Shown piece by piece: positions 39,725-52,827 of a stretch of DNA of 62,000 nucleotides. Origin of the DNA: Chiloscyllium plagiosum (lineage: Eukaryota); assembly GCF_004010195.1 (NCBI RefSeq), contig NC_057718.1, positions 22,798,952 to 22,860,951 on the forward strand. The letters are read 5' to 3'. The notes beneath the pieces were generated by a model that saw only the letters and a list, made by a program, of their open reading frames with translations, was not told where the DNA came from and searched no databases. The position numbers were made by a program, and so were the translations under genes. Every line of letters starts with the position of its first letter. Positions within the stretch are counted from its first letter, which is position 1.

Positions 39725-41780
39725 ATGGCTCTTAAAATTGTTAAAGACGTTCTGGGATTTGAAGATAATTCTCAAATTTGCCATGAAGGTTTCGAAGGAA
39801 AGAAAAAGACCATACTTTTAGAATTAGCAAATGAATTAGATTTGGTTTAACCAAGGACACAAATAAAGCTGAAATTGTAAGGGAATTATTCAAATACTTA
39901 GGTGTGTCAGAGAAACAGACAAGTGCAGTAGAGTTAGAAAAACTTAAATTACACATGAGGAAAATGGAGTTAGAAGATAAATAAAGGGAGAGAGAAGAGA
40001 GGGAGAGAGAGGAAAAAGAGAGAGAAGGTTCTTAGCTGAGCAAAAAGAGAGAGAAGAAAGGGAGAGAGAAAGAGAGAGAAAGAAGAAAGAAATAGAGAGA
40101 AAGTTCTTAGCTGAGCAAAAAGAGAGAGAATTTGAACTTGAAAAGTTGTGACTTAGCAAAGTCAAGTTACCAGGATGGAGATTAAAAGAGAAGGTGGTGA
40201 CATATATATAAGCATGTCAAAACTCTGCCACATTTTGATGAGAAAGATGTTGAAGCCTTCTTTATTTCATTTGAAAAATTGGTGAGGCAGATGGAGTGGC
40301 CCGAGGATTTATGGGTAATGCTAGTTCAGACTAAACTGGTTGGCAGAGCTAGTGAGGTATTTGCCGCACTGTCAGATGCGGTGTCAAGAGATTATGAAGA
40401 GGTTAAACAGGCTATTTTAAGTGCTTATGAATTGGTACCAGAAACATATAGATAGTGATTCAAAAACACAAAGAAGGAACCAGGACAGACTTACGTTGAG
40501 TTCGAAAGAATTAAACATAGTCATTTTGATCAATGGGTACGTGCTTTGAAAATAGATAAGACCTTTGAGACTCTGAGAGAGAGTATTCTGCTGTAGGAGT
40601 TTATAAACACACTTCCAGAGATGGTAAGAATTCATATGGAGGAACAGAAAGTTCAGGAAGTGAGAAGGGCAGCAGAATTAGCAGATGAGTACATGTTGAT
40701 GCATAGGACACGCTCCCGGCCAGAATTTTGTCCTGTGAGGGATATAAGTTGGGAGAAGGGGAGATCCTACACTATGAAATCAAGTGTAGAGAGCACTGGT
40801 AAGAATTTATCACAGGATAAAAAAGAAGCCCAAGAGGGTGGAAAGGAGGTGAAAGGCCTCAGGCGTTTCCACTGTGGTAAAGTGGAACACGTAAAGACAC
40901 AGTGCTGGTTGTTAAAGGAAGGTATTGTGGGAAAAGATGTGGTAAAAGAAACTAAGCCAGTGGCCTTAGTGAAGTTAGTAAAGAATATCCCAAGAAGAGC
41001 CAAGGAGCTGCAGGAGAGTGCACAGCCTAGGCAGAGGCTGGGTAAGGAGTTAGTACCTGAACTCTACAAAGAATTTGCCTCTGTGGGTAAAGTTTACTCA
41101 GAAGGAACAGGAGGAGAAGGACAAGAAGTTATCATTTTGAGAGATACCGGATCTAACAAGTCGCTGATAGTAAGGCATGAGCGAATATGCACTCTTTCTG
41201 ATTTGTTACCCAGAGTGTAGTAATTTGTGGGATAGATGGACAGAAATTCAGCATTCCCCGATGTAAGATTAGGTTGAAGCACCAACTTAAGATTGAGAAA
41301 GTTACAGTGGGAGTAATTGACACAGAGTCAGTTCCAAGAATTCAGTTTGTTCTTTGGAATGATTTGGCAGGATCCAAGGTGAGAGTGACACCCCTTATTG
41401 TGGAGAAGCCCAAGGAAGAGCAAGAAACTGAGAAGTTAAAACAGAAATATCCTGGTATTTTCCTAAACTGTGTGATAACCAGATCCCACTATCATAAGTC
41501 ACAGCACAAAGTAAAAAGTAAAGAGAAAGATGAAGAAGTTGAGGTTCAGTTAACAGATATCCTGTTTGACGTAATGGTGCAGGAAAAACCTGAACAGGCA
41601 GAGGGTCAGACGGAAGTGTTTAGTCCTGAAAGGCTAAGGGACTAGAAACAGCAAGACAAGACAATAAAAGATATATGTGAAATGCATACTCCGAAAAGGA
41701 GGCAGGGAGTATTCTGGAGGGTTATTATCTGAAAGATAGAATCCTTAGGCGGAAATGGAGACCACAGTAGGTTAGTGCAG
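39725..41780 (+). pseudogene. Disrupted gag-protease reading frame with a SCAN-like capsid C-terminal domain (40438-40692)
   Basis: PETYR**FKN…FDQW…TLRESILL*EFINTLPEMVRIHMEEQKVQEVRRAAELADEY; several stop codons. Confidence 0.82.
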
Positions 41781-44700
41781 AGGAGAACTGCCAAGTTTCC
41801 AGCATGTAAAGACTGCATGAAAATAGCTCTCTTCAAGCTACCTTTATCGATCAGTAACCTCTAAAGCAGAATCCCCAACAAGAAGAAAAGAAAATAGGAA
41901 TAAAGAGGAGAAATGAAAACTGCCTGCTTTTGAGATAAGAAGTTTTGTTTTATGAATCTTAATTGGGAGTTTTATTGGACTAAGTATTGTGGAAGGGGAA
42001 GGTAAAAGATAGGTTAGAGGAAGGAGTTGTTAGTTAATTATTCTGTTATACTTTAAGAAATAAAGTTGTTAATTTTAACTTTAATGGTTCTTGGTTCTTG
42101 AATTTTCACAGATTACTGCACAGGATAAATCTGTTCTGTGTTGCTGCTTTAAATTAAGCAGGAGGGTGTACCTTGTGTCATAACACCTTTCACAAAAGCA
42201 ACTACCTGCCATATGCCATTAGTTTGAACTTCAATCTCTAAATGTGACAGAGTATATATGTGTAAATTAGATACTTTTCATCACATTTATGTACAGAATA
42301 AGACTGTTTCCACCTCCACAAGAAAATGATCACTGCACCAGAGTGAACATTTCCACTTCACATGCAAGCTGTCCTCTGGTCTTGTTGAATAAACACAAAA
42401 AATTCAGACATGCATGGGGCAATTTTTTAAATGTTTTAATTCATTCTAAAGATGTAAACGTCATGGGCAAGGCCAGCACTTATCATTGTCCTTGAGAAAG
42501 TGATAGTGAGCTACGTTCTTGAACAGCTGCTGTCCATGTAGTCCCCTCTGCTTTTCTTGTGGTAGCAGTTTGATCCAACTGAGTGGCTGGCTGTGAGTCT
42601 CCAGTCACAAACAGGGTGCACTGAATAAGGATGGCATATTTCCTACACTGAAGGGCATTAATAATGCAAAGCGATTTTTACAGCAATCTGCAAATTTTAT
42701 GATCATTACTAATGAGACTACATCTCATTCTAAATGTATGAATTAGTTGAATTTGAATTCCCCTGTGGTGACATTTGAATTCACATCTCTGGAGCATAAG
42801 TCTGGGTCTCTGGGTTACTGGTTCAGTCAGTGACCCCTCTCATAGTTCTATAGTCTTCCAGCCAGACTGAGCAGTGCATTGATGCTGCTGAAAGACATTT
42901 AACACTAGATCCTTAGTCCTGTTGGAGGGAAAATGCTCACACTGAGTCTCGAAAGTGGCTACTTAAATTGCTGACGTACTAAGTTAGTGAAGTAAGAACC
43001 TTTGTCTTAGTCCAGCTCTCGGGAGGTGATTTATTAGATGGAAAGCAGCTTTAAAGAAATTGAATTTGACAGTATGACAGTTCAGTAAATCCACGGAGAG
43101 TGTTTGGGGAAAAGAAGTGTCAGATTCTTGTAAGATTGTGAGAAAAAGAGAATCTTTATGGATGGGAGCAGTTATTAATCCAAATAAAACCGAGCCTTTG
43201 TCTGAGATTAACCAGAGTAGCTTTGTCATGATCTCCTAATTTTACCCTTTCTCCAGAAATGCAAACAAATTGATTCAAGAGACGTAAAAACAGGCAGTGC
43301 TGGAGATTTCCAGCATCTGCAGTATTTTGCTTTGATTTGGGTTCAAGAAACAATTGATTTATACTTTATTATCTTCTACCATATACTGCACCAAACCCTC
43401 ATATGTTTGAGATGATCAAGTTCCATCCAGCTTCCTTTGTTACTACAAACGTCTTATCTTTTAATGTTAATACAATAAGTGAAATACTGCCCATGATGGA
43501 AATAAAATACTGGGATGGTTAAGTGGTATCTGTGGAAAGAGGGCCAGAGCTAACACAAGCCATTGACCCAAAATGTCGGGCAGAAGTTTCACACTATTAT
43601 GGTTGTGAGCTCGGAGACAGTGGAAAGGATAAACCGAAGCTGCCACATCAAGACATCTCCTCATTGAGTTCTGGGCAGGGACACAAATCTGTCGCTCAAA
43701 ACATGAAGGTTTGAAGCCTACTAACAGTGTTGAGATCCCCATGAGGAGCAATCTTACAGCCTCTCTGACATTTCACCAGTGGCAGGGTAGCAATGAAGGC
43801 AACTTCCCTCTCGAAATCTAGCGAGTTACCGATGCTAGAGTGTATATGCTGAAAAGTCTCATTTTCCTGGTGAAATATTGTTAGAATTCTTGTCCTTATC
43901 AACCTGAAATCTCATCCTTTCTGAAGAGGGCAAGCTTTAGTTCCTCAACAAGTCCAAATTTATCTGATATTCTGCATTGAACACCCAACACAACAGAAGT
44001 GTGGGGGGAAGTGCTCTCCAAAGTGTCTTGCAGGCTACATTACATTGTCCAGATCAAACTGATGGGTTTTGGACAGACATTCTCTCTGTAGGGTCTGATA
44101 GATGAGAAATAAATCTATTTATAAAGGGCAAGTTGGTGATTTCGCTCCAATTACAGGTAGAACAAATGTTTGTCATCTGTGTGTTATATCACATCTATGC
44201 TGCAGCCAAATTGAAAGTGTTTCATCTCACAAAGGCTGTTGGATAGTGTCTATTCTCCAATAATGCCAGTCCTCTGTATTTTCATCAGCAGAAGAGTGCT
44301 CATGATAATTACAGAAATTATTGACTCAACTCCCCAAGCTTACAGCTGCCATACTGTGCACTACTTTAATAGGGCTGATTCATGCACATTATTTATCTGG
44401 TGGCGGGTATCGGACAATCTGCCATCGTTAATTAAAATGTAAAGCATCCAAATGTTTTTACATGAGCCCACAGAGAAATTTGCCAGAACATCAAATAGAA
44501 ACTAGCCCTGGGATTTATTACTCTACCCTGACAGCCTGGCAGCAGACTTTAATAATGCATTCACTCTCACAGCATGGCTTTGCTTTTAGAATTGACAGGG
44601 ACATTTTTCAACTGGGATTTATTTGTATATTTTAATATTTATTACAGTTTCCATTGTCAGTCTTTTAATAGTAATCAAAAAATATTGTCTCTAATACCAC

Positions 44701-45479
44701 AAGTTCTATGGGTATTTGCCACATTGCGATATTAAAATAATCCTTAAACAATAAACTTGCAGGTAAAGCCATTCAGATATACTTATCTTCCTTCCAGCAG
44801 AGACTGGAAAGGGCTTTGAAGTGTTATGGTGTGTTTTGATTAATATATTTAGTGTCAATGGTAAGATAACAGTTTTAAGATCCATGAAGGAAACTGGCAA
44901 GTTGATTAGTTACATCTATAATTGCAAATAAGGCCTCCGTCCTTAATTTTATCTGCAGGTGTAGCCACTTCACTTTCCCAAGAATTTAACTAACATGAGT
45001 TTAAGTGCGTTTGATTGCAGTCTTTCATATTCTTACTTGCATTTGTTAAAAATATTCACTAGTCTATTGAGATGTGCAGTTGAGATTCAACATTTTTATA
45101 ATAATTTCCTTCAGTTCTACAATGACGGTAAACGTTTTAGTTATATGAATATTAAATTGCAGGATTTAGTGTATTAAGCCAGAAGCCATGGTGTCAGGGA
45201 ATGGTAGGGATTTGGAGCTACAATGTTCCATATATTTCCAAAATGGAGTCTTCTTGGATTGGGTCCTTCCTGTTGGAAGCTTGGGATCAAGTAATTAATC
45301 TTAGCTTTTCCACATCAGCCTGTACCATGAATACATCTTAATAATTTTAAACCTCCAATCATGTCACTTTTCTTGTCTCTCTCCAAAAAGGAACCATTTT
45401 GCAAGTTTCAACTTATGGTGTTGAGTCGTTCAAGGAATATTATTTTGCTGTGAATCTTCACCAACACATGATGTCCTGT

Positions 45480-46695
45480 CAAAGGTCATGGTGGTTATGC
45501 CTGACAAATCTGTTAGAATTCTTTGAGGTGGTAATGAGAAAGTTAGACAAAAGAGAGCCAATAGATGTGATCCATTTGGATTTCCAGAAGGTCTTTGATG
45601 AAGTGCCTCATAGAAGGCTGCTAAATAAGATAACACCCCATGGTGTTAGGTGCAAAATACTGGCATGGATAGAGGATTGGCTGACTGGCAGAAAGGAGAG
45701 AGGGGAGATAAAGGGTTTTTATTTTTCAGAATGGCAGCTGGAAAGTAGTGCAGTTCCGTAGGGGTCAGTGTCGGGAGCACAACTTTCCATGTTATATATT
45801 AATGATTTGGACAAAGGAACTGAAGGTATTGCTGACAAGTTTTTTAAATGACACAAATGGAGAGAGATGTAGTATTGAGGAAGGGGAAGGATGCAGAAGG
45901 ACTTGGAAAGGCTGGGAGACTGAACAAAGGCGTGGCAGATGAAATACAATTTAGGAAAATGGGATGCTATGCACTTTGGTAAGAAGAACAGAGGTGTAGA
46001 CTATGTTGTAAATGGCGAAAGGCTTTTGAAATCTGAAGCACAAAAGGATTTAGGAGGCCTAGTTAAGGTTCTCTCAAGGTTAGCGTGCAAGTTCACCTGG
46101 TAGTTAGTAAGGCAAATGCAATGTTAGCATTCATTTCAAGAGGGCTGGAATACAAGAGAAATACAAGCAGGCTCTGCTCAGAATATTGTAAGTAGTTTTG
46201 GGCCCTGTCTCTAAAGAAGGAAGTGTCGATGTTGGAGGTGTTCCAGAGGAATTTATATGAATGATTCCAGAGATGAAGAGCTTGTTATATCAGGGCTGAT
46301 TGAGGACTCTGGGTCTGTACTTGATGATGGGGAAATCTCATTGAAACACATAAAATATTGAGAGGCTTGGATAGAGTGGACATGGAGAAGGTATTTCCAA
46401 TTGTGAGAGACTAGGATCGGAGGCACATCTTCAGAGTGAAGGGATGAATGATGATGATGAGGAATTTCTTCAGCCAGAAGGCATTCAATCTATGGAACTC
46501 ATTGCCACAGAAGGCTGTGGAAGCCAAGTCATTTAGTGTACTTAGGACAAGATAGAGAGTTTCTTGATTCATAAGGGAATCTAAGGTTATGGGGAGAAGG
46601 CAGGAGAATGGTGTTGAGAAACATATCAACCATGATCTAATGACAGAACTGACTTTATGGACCAAATAGCCTAATTCTGCCCCGACGTCTAATGG
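45480..46695 (+). mobile_element. CR1 LINE, degenerate
   Basis: CLTNLLEFFE and DVIHLDFQKVFDEVPHRRLL motifs. Confidence 0.88.
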
Positions 46696-46721
46696 CATTA
46701 TATTTTTAATAGAATTCTTAA

Positions 46722-47027
46722 AGTGTGGAAACAGGCCCTTTGGCCCAACAAGTCCACACCGACCCGCCAAAGAGTAATCCACTCAGACCCATTCTCCTAT
46801 CCTATATTTCCCCTTGACTAATGCACCTAACCTACACATCCCTGAACACAAAGGGCAATTTAGCATGACCAATTCACCTAACCTGCACATCTTTGGATTG
46901 TGGGAGGAAACCAGAGCACCCAGAGGAAACCCACGCAGACATGGGGAGAATGTGCAAACTCCACACAGAATCAAACCTGGGTCCCTGGTGCTGTGAGGCA
47001 GCAGTGCTATCCATTGTGCTGCCCCCA
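46722..47027 (-). mobile_element. HE1-type V-SINE
   Basis: Reverse complement of the head, V-domain and tail. Confidence 0.88.
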
Positions 47028-47299
47028 TGGAAGGTAAGGTGCTAACACAGTGTTATGATGCCAGCCAATAGCAATTCTGAGCAAGTCTTGTCTCGAGTGA
47101 AACCTGACTTGACAGATCAGTTTACTTTTTGCAGTTTCTTACCGTGGTGTTTTGGCACTGTTCACATTCTCATTAAGCTGTTATTGTTTTTAAACAAAAG
47201 AACATATATTTATTATTCAAAAGGGCAGAGAAATCAAACCCAATCAGTTTAGAAAAATCAGCACAAACAAAAACCAGTCAATATTTTTTGCAGAAACAT

Positions 47300-49230
47300 C
47301 TGTTTCAGATATTCAATCCCATTGCAGTATAATTTTGATCTTTAACTCTTTAATTTCTTACTTATCTTAATTTACTAGTCTTTTTGGCTCTAATGAAAAT
47401 CTTTTATTCAGTTCGGACAGCTTGAAAAACTTTGCATAAGTACTCTGGATATTTAGCAAACTCTGGATAGTCTACAAACTAAGATAATTGTCCTATTCTG
47501 GGGATGAAACTATTCTTCTGAACTGAATACCAGCCACTTATAACACCTGTTCTGTTTTGTCTATGTGTCATAAAAAAACTTTGTAAGTTTTTCATCAATT
47601 AATACCACAGGGATCTTGCTGGGCACTTAACTAAAGCCACATAACTTCTTGCAATTCTGCATTTATTTCTCTGTTCCAAATGACTTTCTAACCTTTTAAA
47701 ACAAGCCAGTTCCCTTCACCAAACCTAACTTCATTTTGCTATCAAATTTCCATCAAATCACTTGTTTATATTTACATTGATGGTAATAATACATTTATAT
47801 TACACTTACAATTACCTTCACAACCATATTCCATACAAGTCCAGTTTAAACGGAGAATTCAACTTTTCTAAGTATTTTCTCAAAAGTAACCATCTTTTCA
47901 CATGGTTGATTTATTATGTTGTGTGCTTGTAACATTGTGCATCAACAAATAGTTTTGGTCATGGAATCTCATCTCTTGCCCCATGCCACAATCAGCATTC
48001 TGGTTTTATCTGGTGTGACGCTACCATGGATTTATGAGTCTATTTCGTCCTTTTTTTAATGAGTAAACATTGAGACAAGGGTGTCAAGCAGTCTGCTCCA
48101 AAGCCAGTAAAGTGTGAGGCCTTTGTGATCTTTTCTCATGTTGGAACAACAGAAGCAACCTGAATGGGTGAGCTCAAGCTCCCACAGAACCAGAACTTTT
48201 TTTTCAGTTTTCGCCTTCAGTAGCAGTTGTTATTGGGGTCTTGATTTCTTTTCTTTTTATTTTGTTTGTGGGTTTTGCTTAATGTCCAGAGTTTATCCAA
48301 TTGAATTGCATCTGGAATGCAACACTTTACACTTACCATTAAAATAAGAAAATGTTAGGGTTTACGCTACCATTCTAATATATTTTAAGGGAGTTTGGTT
48401 TGGTCCACTATGCTAATTACAGCAGCACCACATATATGTAAGCTCCAACTATTATGACTTGCTTCAATAATGCCACTGTTCGACATGAATATAATTTTTT
48501 TGCTCACTTGAGTTCACCTTTCTGGGTTGAGACTATAAAGATTTTTTTTATGGGTAACAAATTCTGTACATTGCATTATATTTTTCCTGACAACTTTACA
48601 TAAGTTAATTTATGAATCTGTATTAGCTTTGATAGCTTTGTAGAAGACAACATAACAATCCATCTGTTTTCTACACTTCTTCATTATCTAATCTCATTAC
48701 TGTAAGTTCAAATTGTAAATTTTTCAATTTCAAATTAATTCTTGAATTGTTCTGATTTATATTTCAATCCCTATTTCTTTCATCATTGTAAGTATGTTTC
48801 TGTTTTGACTATTTTTCCAATAATTATTTTTTAATGCGTTTCTCCTTCGCACTGGAGACATATTACAAAATTCAAATCATTGAGTTTATTTTTGATTTGA
48901 TAAGGTCCAGTGATATGGTCCCCCACATATAGTTGGTAATAAATCATCTTGCCTCCAGCAACAAAACTTTGAGTGTTAGACTTTTAATTTGTTCTAGTTT
49001 TCATCGGTTCTAGGACACTACTAAAATATTTTTTGTCCAATTTCCACATGTTATGGTTTCTCCAGGAAACTTGAAGCAAAGTTTGGAAGTATAGTCCCTG
49101 CGCTTTGGTTATAAATTTCCCTTCAATCAATTTAAGTGGTTCTCTCACCTCATGTCCACATGTAAGTTCAAAGAGACTGAATCTGGTGACCTCATTAAGG
49201 GTTTCCTGATGATAAACTGTAACAAAGGAA
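47300..49230 (-). mobile_element. Highly decayed Gmr1-type pol remnant (integrase C-terminus then RT), interrupted by an LTR
   Basis: Minus-strand RETLNEVTRFSLFELTCGHEVREPLKLI (~49120-49210), TGPYQIKNKLNDL (~48872-48911), SGIIEASHNSWS (~48440-48480); left boundary uncertain. Confidence 0.6.
48014..48412 (+). mobile_element. Degenerate solo LTR
   Basis: TGTGACG start; homologous to the reverse complement of 15002-16535. Confidence 0.55.
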
Positions 49231-50369
49231 TTCCATTTTTTTGTTCACTTGTCGGATGTGGGCATCGCTGGATGGTCAGCATCTATTACCCATCCCGTGG
49301 TACTCTTGAGAAGGTAGTGGTGAGCTGAACCACCAATCATTGGGACATTCCTGACAAAAATCAGTGATCACAATATTTAAAATTTCCCATTTTCCCATGC
49401 TTCTTAAGATTGTGGATGATAACCTGACGATGTGAATTGTTTTACTTCCAAACTATTCATTATTTCTTTGAATATTTATGACATTTAAATTTGAACCTTG
49501 ATTCGAATAATATTATTTTGGCTAATCCATACCTTAAAAAAAATCTTTTTGTCATAATTCTTTCCCAAATGAATGCTTGAAGAAATACTGATGAAACATC
49601 CTTAGTTATAATCGATGCTGATTTCCACTCCTAGTAGGGATCCTACAAAATGTATAAAGACTTTAATAAATGATTCTCTAAAAACTGGCATTTGAATTAA
49701 AGGATCAGGTTTCATTGATGGTTGTTGTTTCCCAAGTAACTGGTGGGTCTGGCAACATCTGACAACAACTTTATGTAGTCCTGGCCAATAACATAGTCTT
49801 GTATTTTAACTTCTGTAATCCCAATCCTTTTTTGCAACTATTACAGATCAGGCATATTACTCCTTTGTGTCTCTCTCGTTCTATTTGTCCCTCTCTGACT
49901 TTTTTTATCAAGCAAAGGGATATGGGCCAAAGGCAAGTATATGGAGTTAGGACACAGCTCAGCCATGATCTCACTGGATGATAGAACAGGTTCAAGGGGT
50001 TAAATGGCCTCTTCCTATTCATAAGTTCCCCTATAACAAAGGTCTTTTCGTTTCTCTACAATAATGGACCTCTCCACTGATCAATGTATAGAGATGTATA
50101 GAGAAGAACGGTTCTGTGAAATTATCTATTTACTAAATAGATAAATGTTTATGAAAGAACTGAATGTGCAATTCACATTTGATGGGAAAATCAATTGCAA
50201 CATTGATAGCTCTAGGAGTGGAGGTATTAATTTGTTTCTAATAGATATTCCTAGTTTACTTCATGTTACAGAAATTTATTTAAAATATAAAAGCAATACT
50301 TACCTTAAAATCCTAAGAGAAAGCTACAGAGTTTGGTAAGATACTTCCAATCCATTAAAGGAGATCCCA

Positions 50370-50457
50370 GTTCTGAGGAAGGATCATCAGCCTGAAACAA
50401 TTTCTCTCCACAGATGCTGCCAGCCTGCTGAGCTTTTCCAGTGATTCCTGTTTCTGT
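50370..50457 (+). mobile_element. Penelope-type terminal-repeat fragment with a degenerate hammerhead core
   Basis: ctgagga-aggatcatcagcct-gaaac then gatgctgcc…ctgagcttttccag; related fragments at 53259-53358 (-), 55035-55095 and 55950-56020. Confidence 0.6.
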
Positions 50458-50676
50458 AAAGGAGAACTGCCTTTGCTACACCACCGTAGAAGTACCTTTT
50501 TGCCATTTTCAGACCTGTAACACAAAGTAAAGATCCGATACACTGAACCAAGTTGCTTGCATTCTACACAAAAAGTGCTATTATTTACACCGTTAATTAC
50601 CTGATTGAACATATGGTGGTGGGTTTACTAATAAGTAATGTGCAAATTCATAAAAATCAAAGGAGGTTAAGGGTGA

Positions 50677-52827
50677 GATGTGTTGGGTGTTTGATCACAG
50701 TCTATTACTCATATTTACCATATATCAATTCTACATGTCAGAAAGAAGTTGTAGATGCATAGTAGATTGCATTACGATTCTAATATAGTGAAGTTTATTA
50801 TTATTTGTGCAAAACCCTGGAATATCATAGCTTTGTTGTCTTTGTAAGTCCACACTTTGTTTACTTTAAAAATAAAAATTATTGTGGCTTTTGCAATTCA
50901 TGGGTCTCCCAACCTCATTCAAGCTTCCAACTGATATATACTTTACAAAGGTTTGTGCCATTCAGATTTTTTTCTGTTCTTGCGAAATCTGCTCCATTAT
51001 ATAAATATCATCATGGCCTCCCCTACAAACCCATTCTTTGGAACGTATACCTTGCTACTTCCTGCTTTGACATCTTTCTTGCTCCTAGTGCTTGTCCCTT
51101 TACCTTTTTAAAGCCTGAGCTGTTGAATTCCCTCCTTTAAGCGCTTCCAACTTCTCTTTTTCTCGTCCTGTTTAAAAGCCTCATTAAAACACATACCTCT
51201 GACCAAAACTTTATTCTATTATTTGCTCTGTTTTTAGTTCAGCATTTATTTTTGACCATAGGAAACACTGGGACATTTACCTCTGTAATATAAATGTCAG
51301 TCATTTCAATTGTTTTGATATAAATTAGTGACAAACAAAGGAAGCTTGACTACTTTGTGAAAATGTCTCTAACAAGGCTGATACCAGTTGTGAATTTTAA
51401 AGTAATTTAATTTAATACTAACTGCGAACTTTGGCATTGTGCTTATATACATCAGTAGAAAGGTAATTTGGCATGAATCTTAGTGGTCTTCATTGAATTA
51501 GCAGTTTAGGCTGCACTTCCTTCAAGAAAGAAGAACTCACAATTTGATCCATTCGAGTTTTTCACAGGGCATTAGATTCCGTTTCTGCATCTTTCAGCTC
51601 CAATTACTTTTTGCCATAAATCACTGGAAGTGTGGTTTGATAATAGTGCTGAGAGCACCGAGAAAACCAATCCAAAGTTTGAGGCATTTTGTAACTAATG
51701 GCATATTTCCTCTTCATAATAAATGAATGTCCTTTTATGAATTAAATGGCAGGCAAACTGAACCCACCATTAACTTTATAGCAGGTTTTAGACAAACACA
51801 AATTAAACATATATTCTCATTTGTAACTTACGCACATGACTTATATCCTGAAAAAACGAATTTTTTTAACCATGTTTTTGTTTCCGGGATGGAATTATGT
51901 TGTGATTATTAATTACTTACTATTAATTTGGGGGGGCGATGGTTAGGATAATGTTAATGTCATTGGACTAGTAATCCAGAAACTCAAGAGAAAATCCCAT
52001 CATTGTTTCAATTCATAAAATATGGACTTGGGTCTTCATCATTGTGATCATCGTTTATAAAAACCCATCTGGTTTACTAATTATTAGTGAAATAACTATT
52101 ATATTATTCATTGGTCTGCATTATATGTGACTCCAAACCCACAGCAATATGATTGACTTTTAACCTAATTTTCTGTTTAGAGATGTATTATAAATGTCTG
52201 AAGTAGGTGGGGCTGGAATCCAGGCCTTCTGGACCAGGTGTATGGACACTACCACTGTGCCAAAAGGGGGCAAAACTGCCTCTGGAATGGCCCACCAAGC
52301 TCCTCAGTTTAATTAGGAATAGTGTCATTTGCAGTGATGACCACATCTCATGAAAAAAATTAAAGGAAGTTGCAAGAATTCATTAATTAAAAGGTTCACA
52401 CCTGCATCTTGAACCAATTCAAGTGACAATCTCCGGCTAATCCAGTTTAATACACATTGCGTGACTCATCATGTTGCTTTTCAAAAAAAGAATAGCAGAC
52501 ACCCAACTCAATTTTAAATGTAGAGAAAAGTGTTTCACAGGTTAACAAGGATGAGAAAATGGTAATAGTCTATGCCACAATCTTGAACCACTGTCAAATT
52601 TCTTACAAGTTGACACGAGGTAAGTAATTTATTTTTAACGTAAACAAAGTGTGGACTTAACAAGACAATAAAGCCACAATATTCCAGGGGTTTGCACTAA
52701 TAATAATAAACTTCACTATATTGGAATGGTAATGCAATCTACAATACATCTATAACTTCTTTCTAACATGTAGAATTGATAAATGGTAAATATGAAAAAT
52801 AGACTATGATCAAACATCCCACACATC
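50677..52827. repeat. ~205-bp inverted duplication (50677-50881 and 52625-52827)
   Basis: The second segment is the diverged reverse complement of the first. Confidence 0.85.

Larger units (their letters stand above)
38297..42185 (+). mobile_element. Defective Gypsy (Gmr1-like) LTR retrotransposon: 5' LTR 38297-39000, duplicated PBS/gag start, gag-protease, pol deleted, partial 3' LTR 41780-42185
   Basis: TGTTA…TAACA termini; tRNA-Pro PBS; SCAN-like capsid; degenerate zinc knuckle FHCGKVEHVKTQC; protease LRDTGS; flanks ccct/cctt as an imperfect 4-bp TSD. Confidence 0.9.

Noticed and set aside
43460..43910. Possible minus-strand exon or ORFs (acceptor-like tttcag at ~43905; 68-94 aa ORFs)
   Set aside because: No recognisable protein motif in any frame and no partner exons; not ZP-domain-like
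51727..51912. Paralogous small proteins MSFYELN… (also 54453-54698)
   Set aside because: Similarity is explained by the non-coding DNA duplication; AT-rich, with no splice or codon evidence
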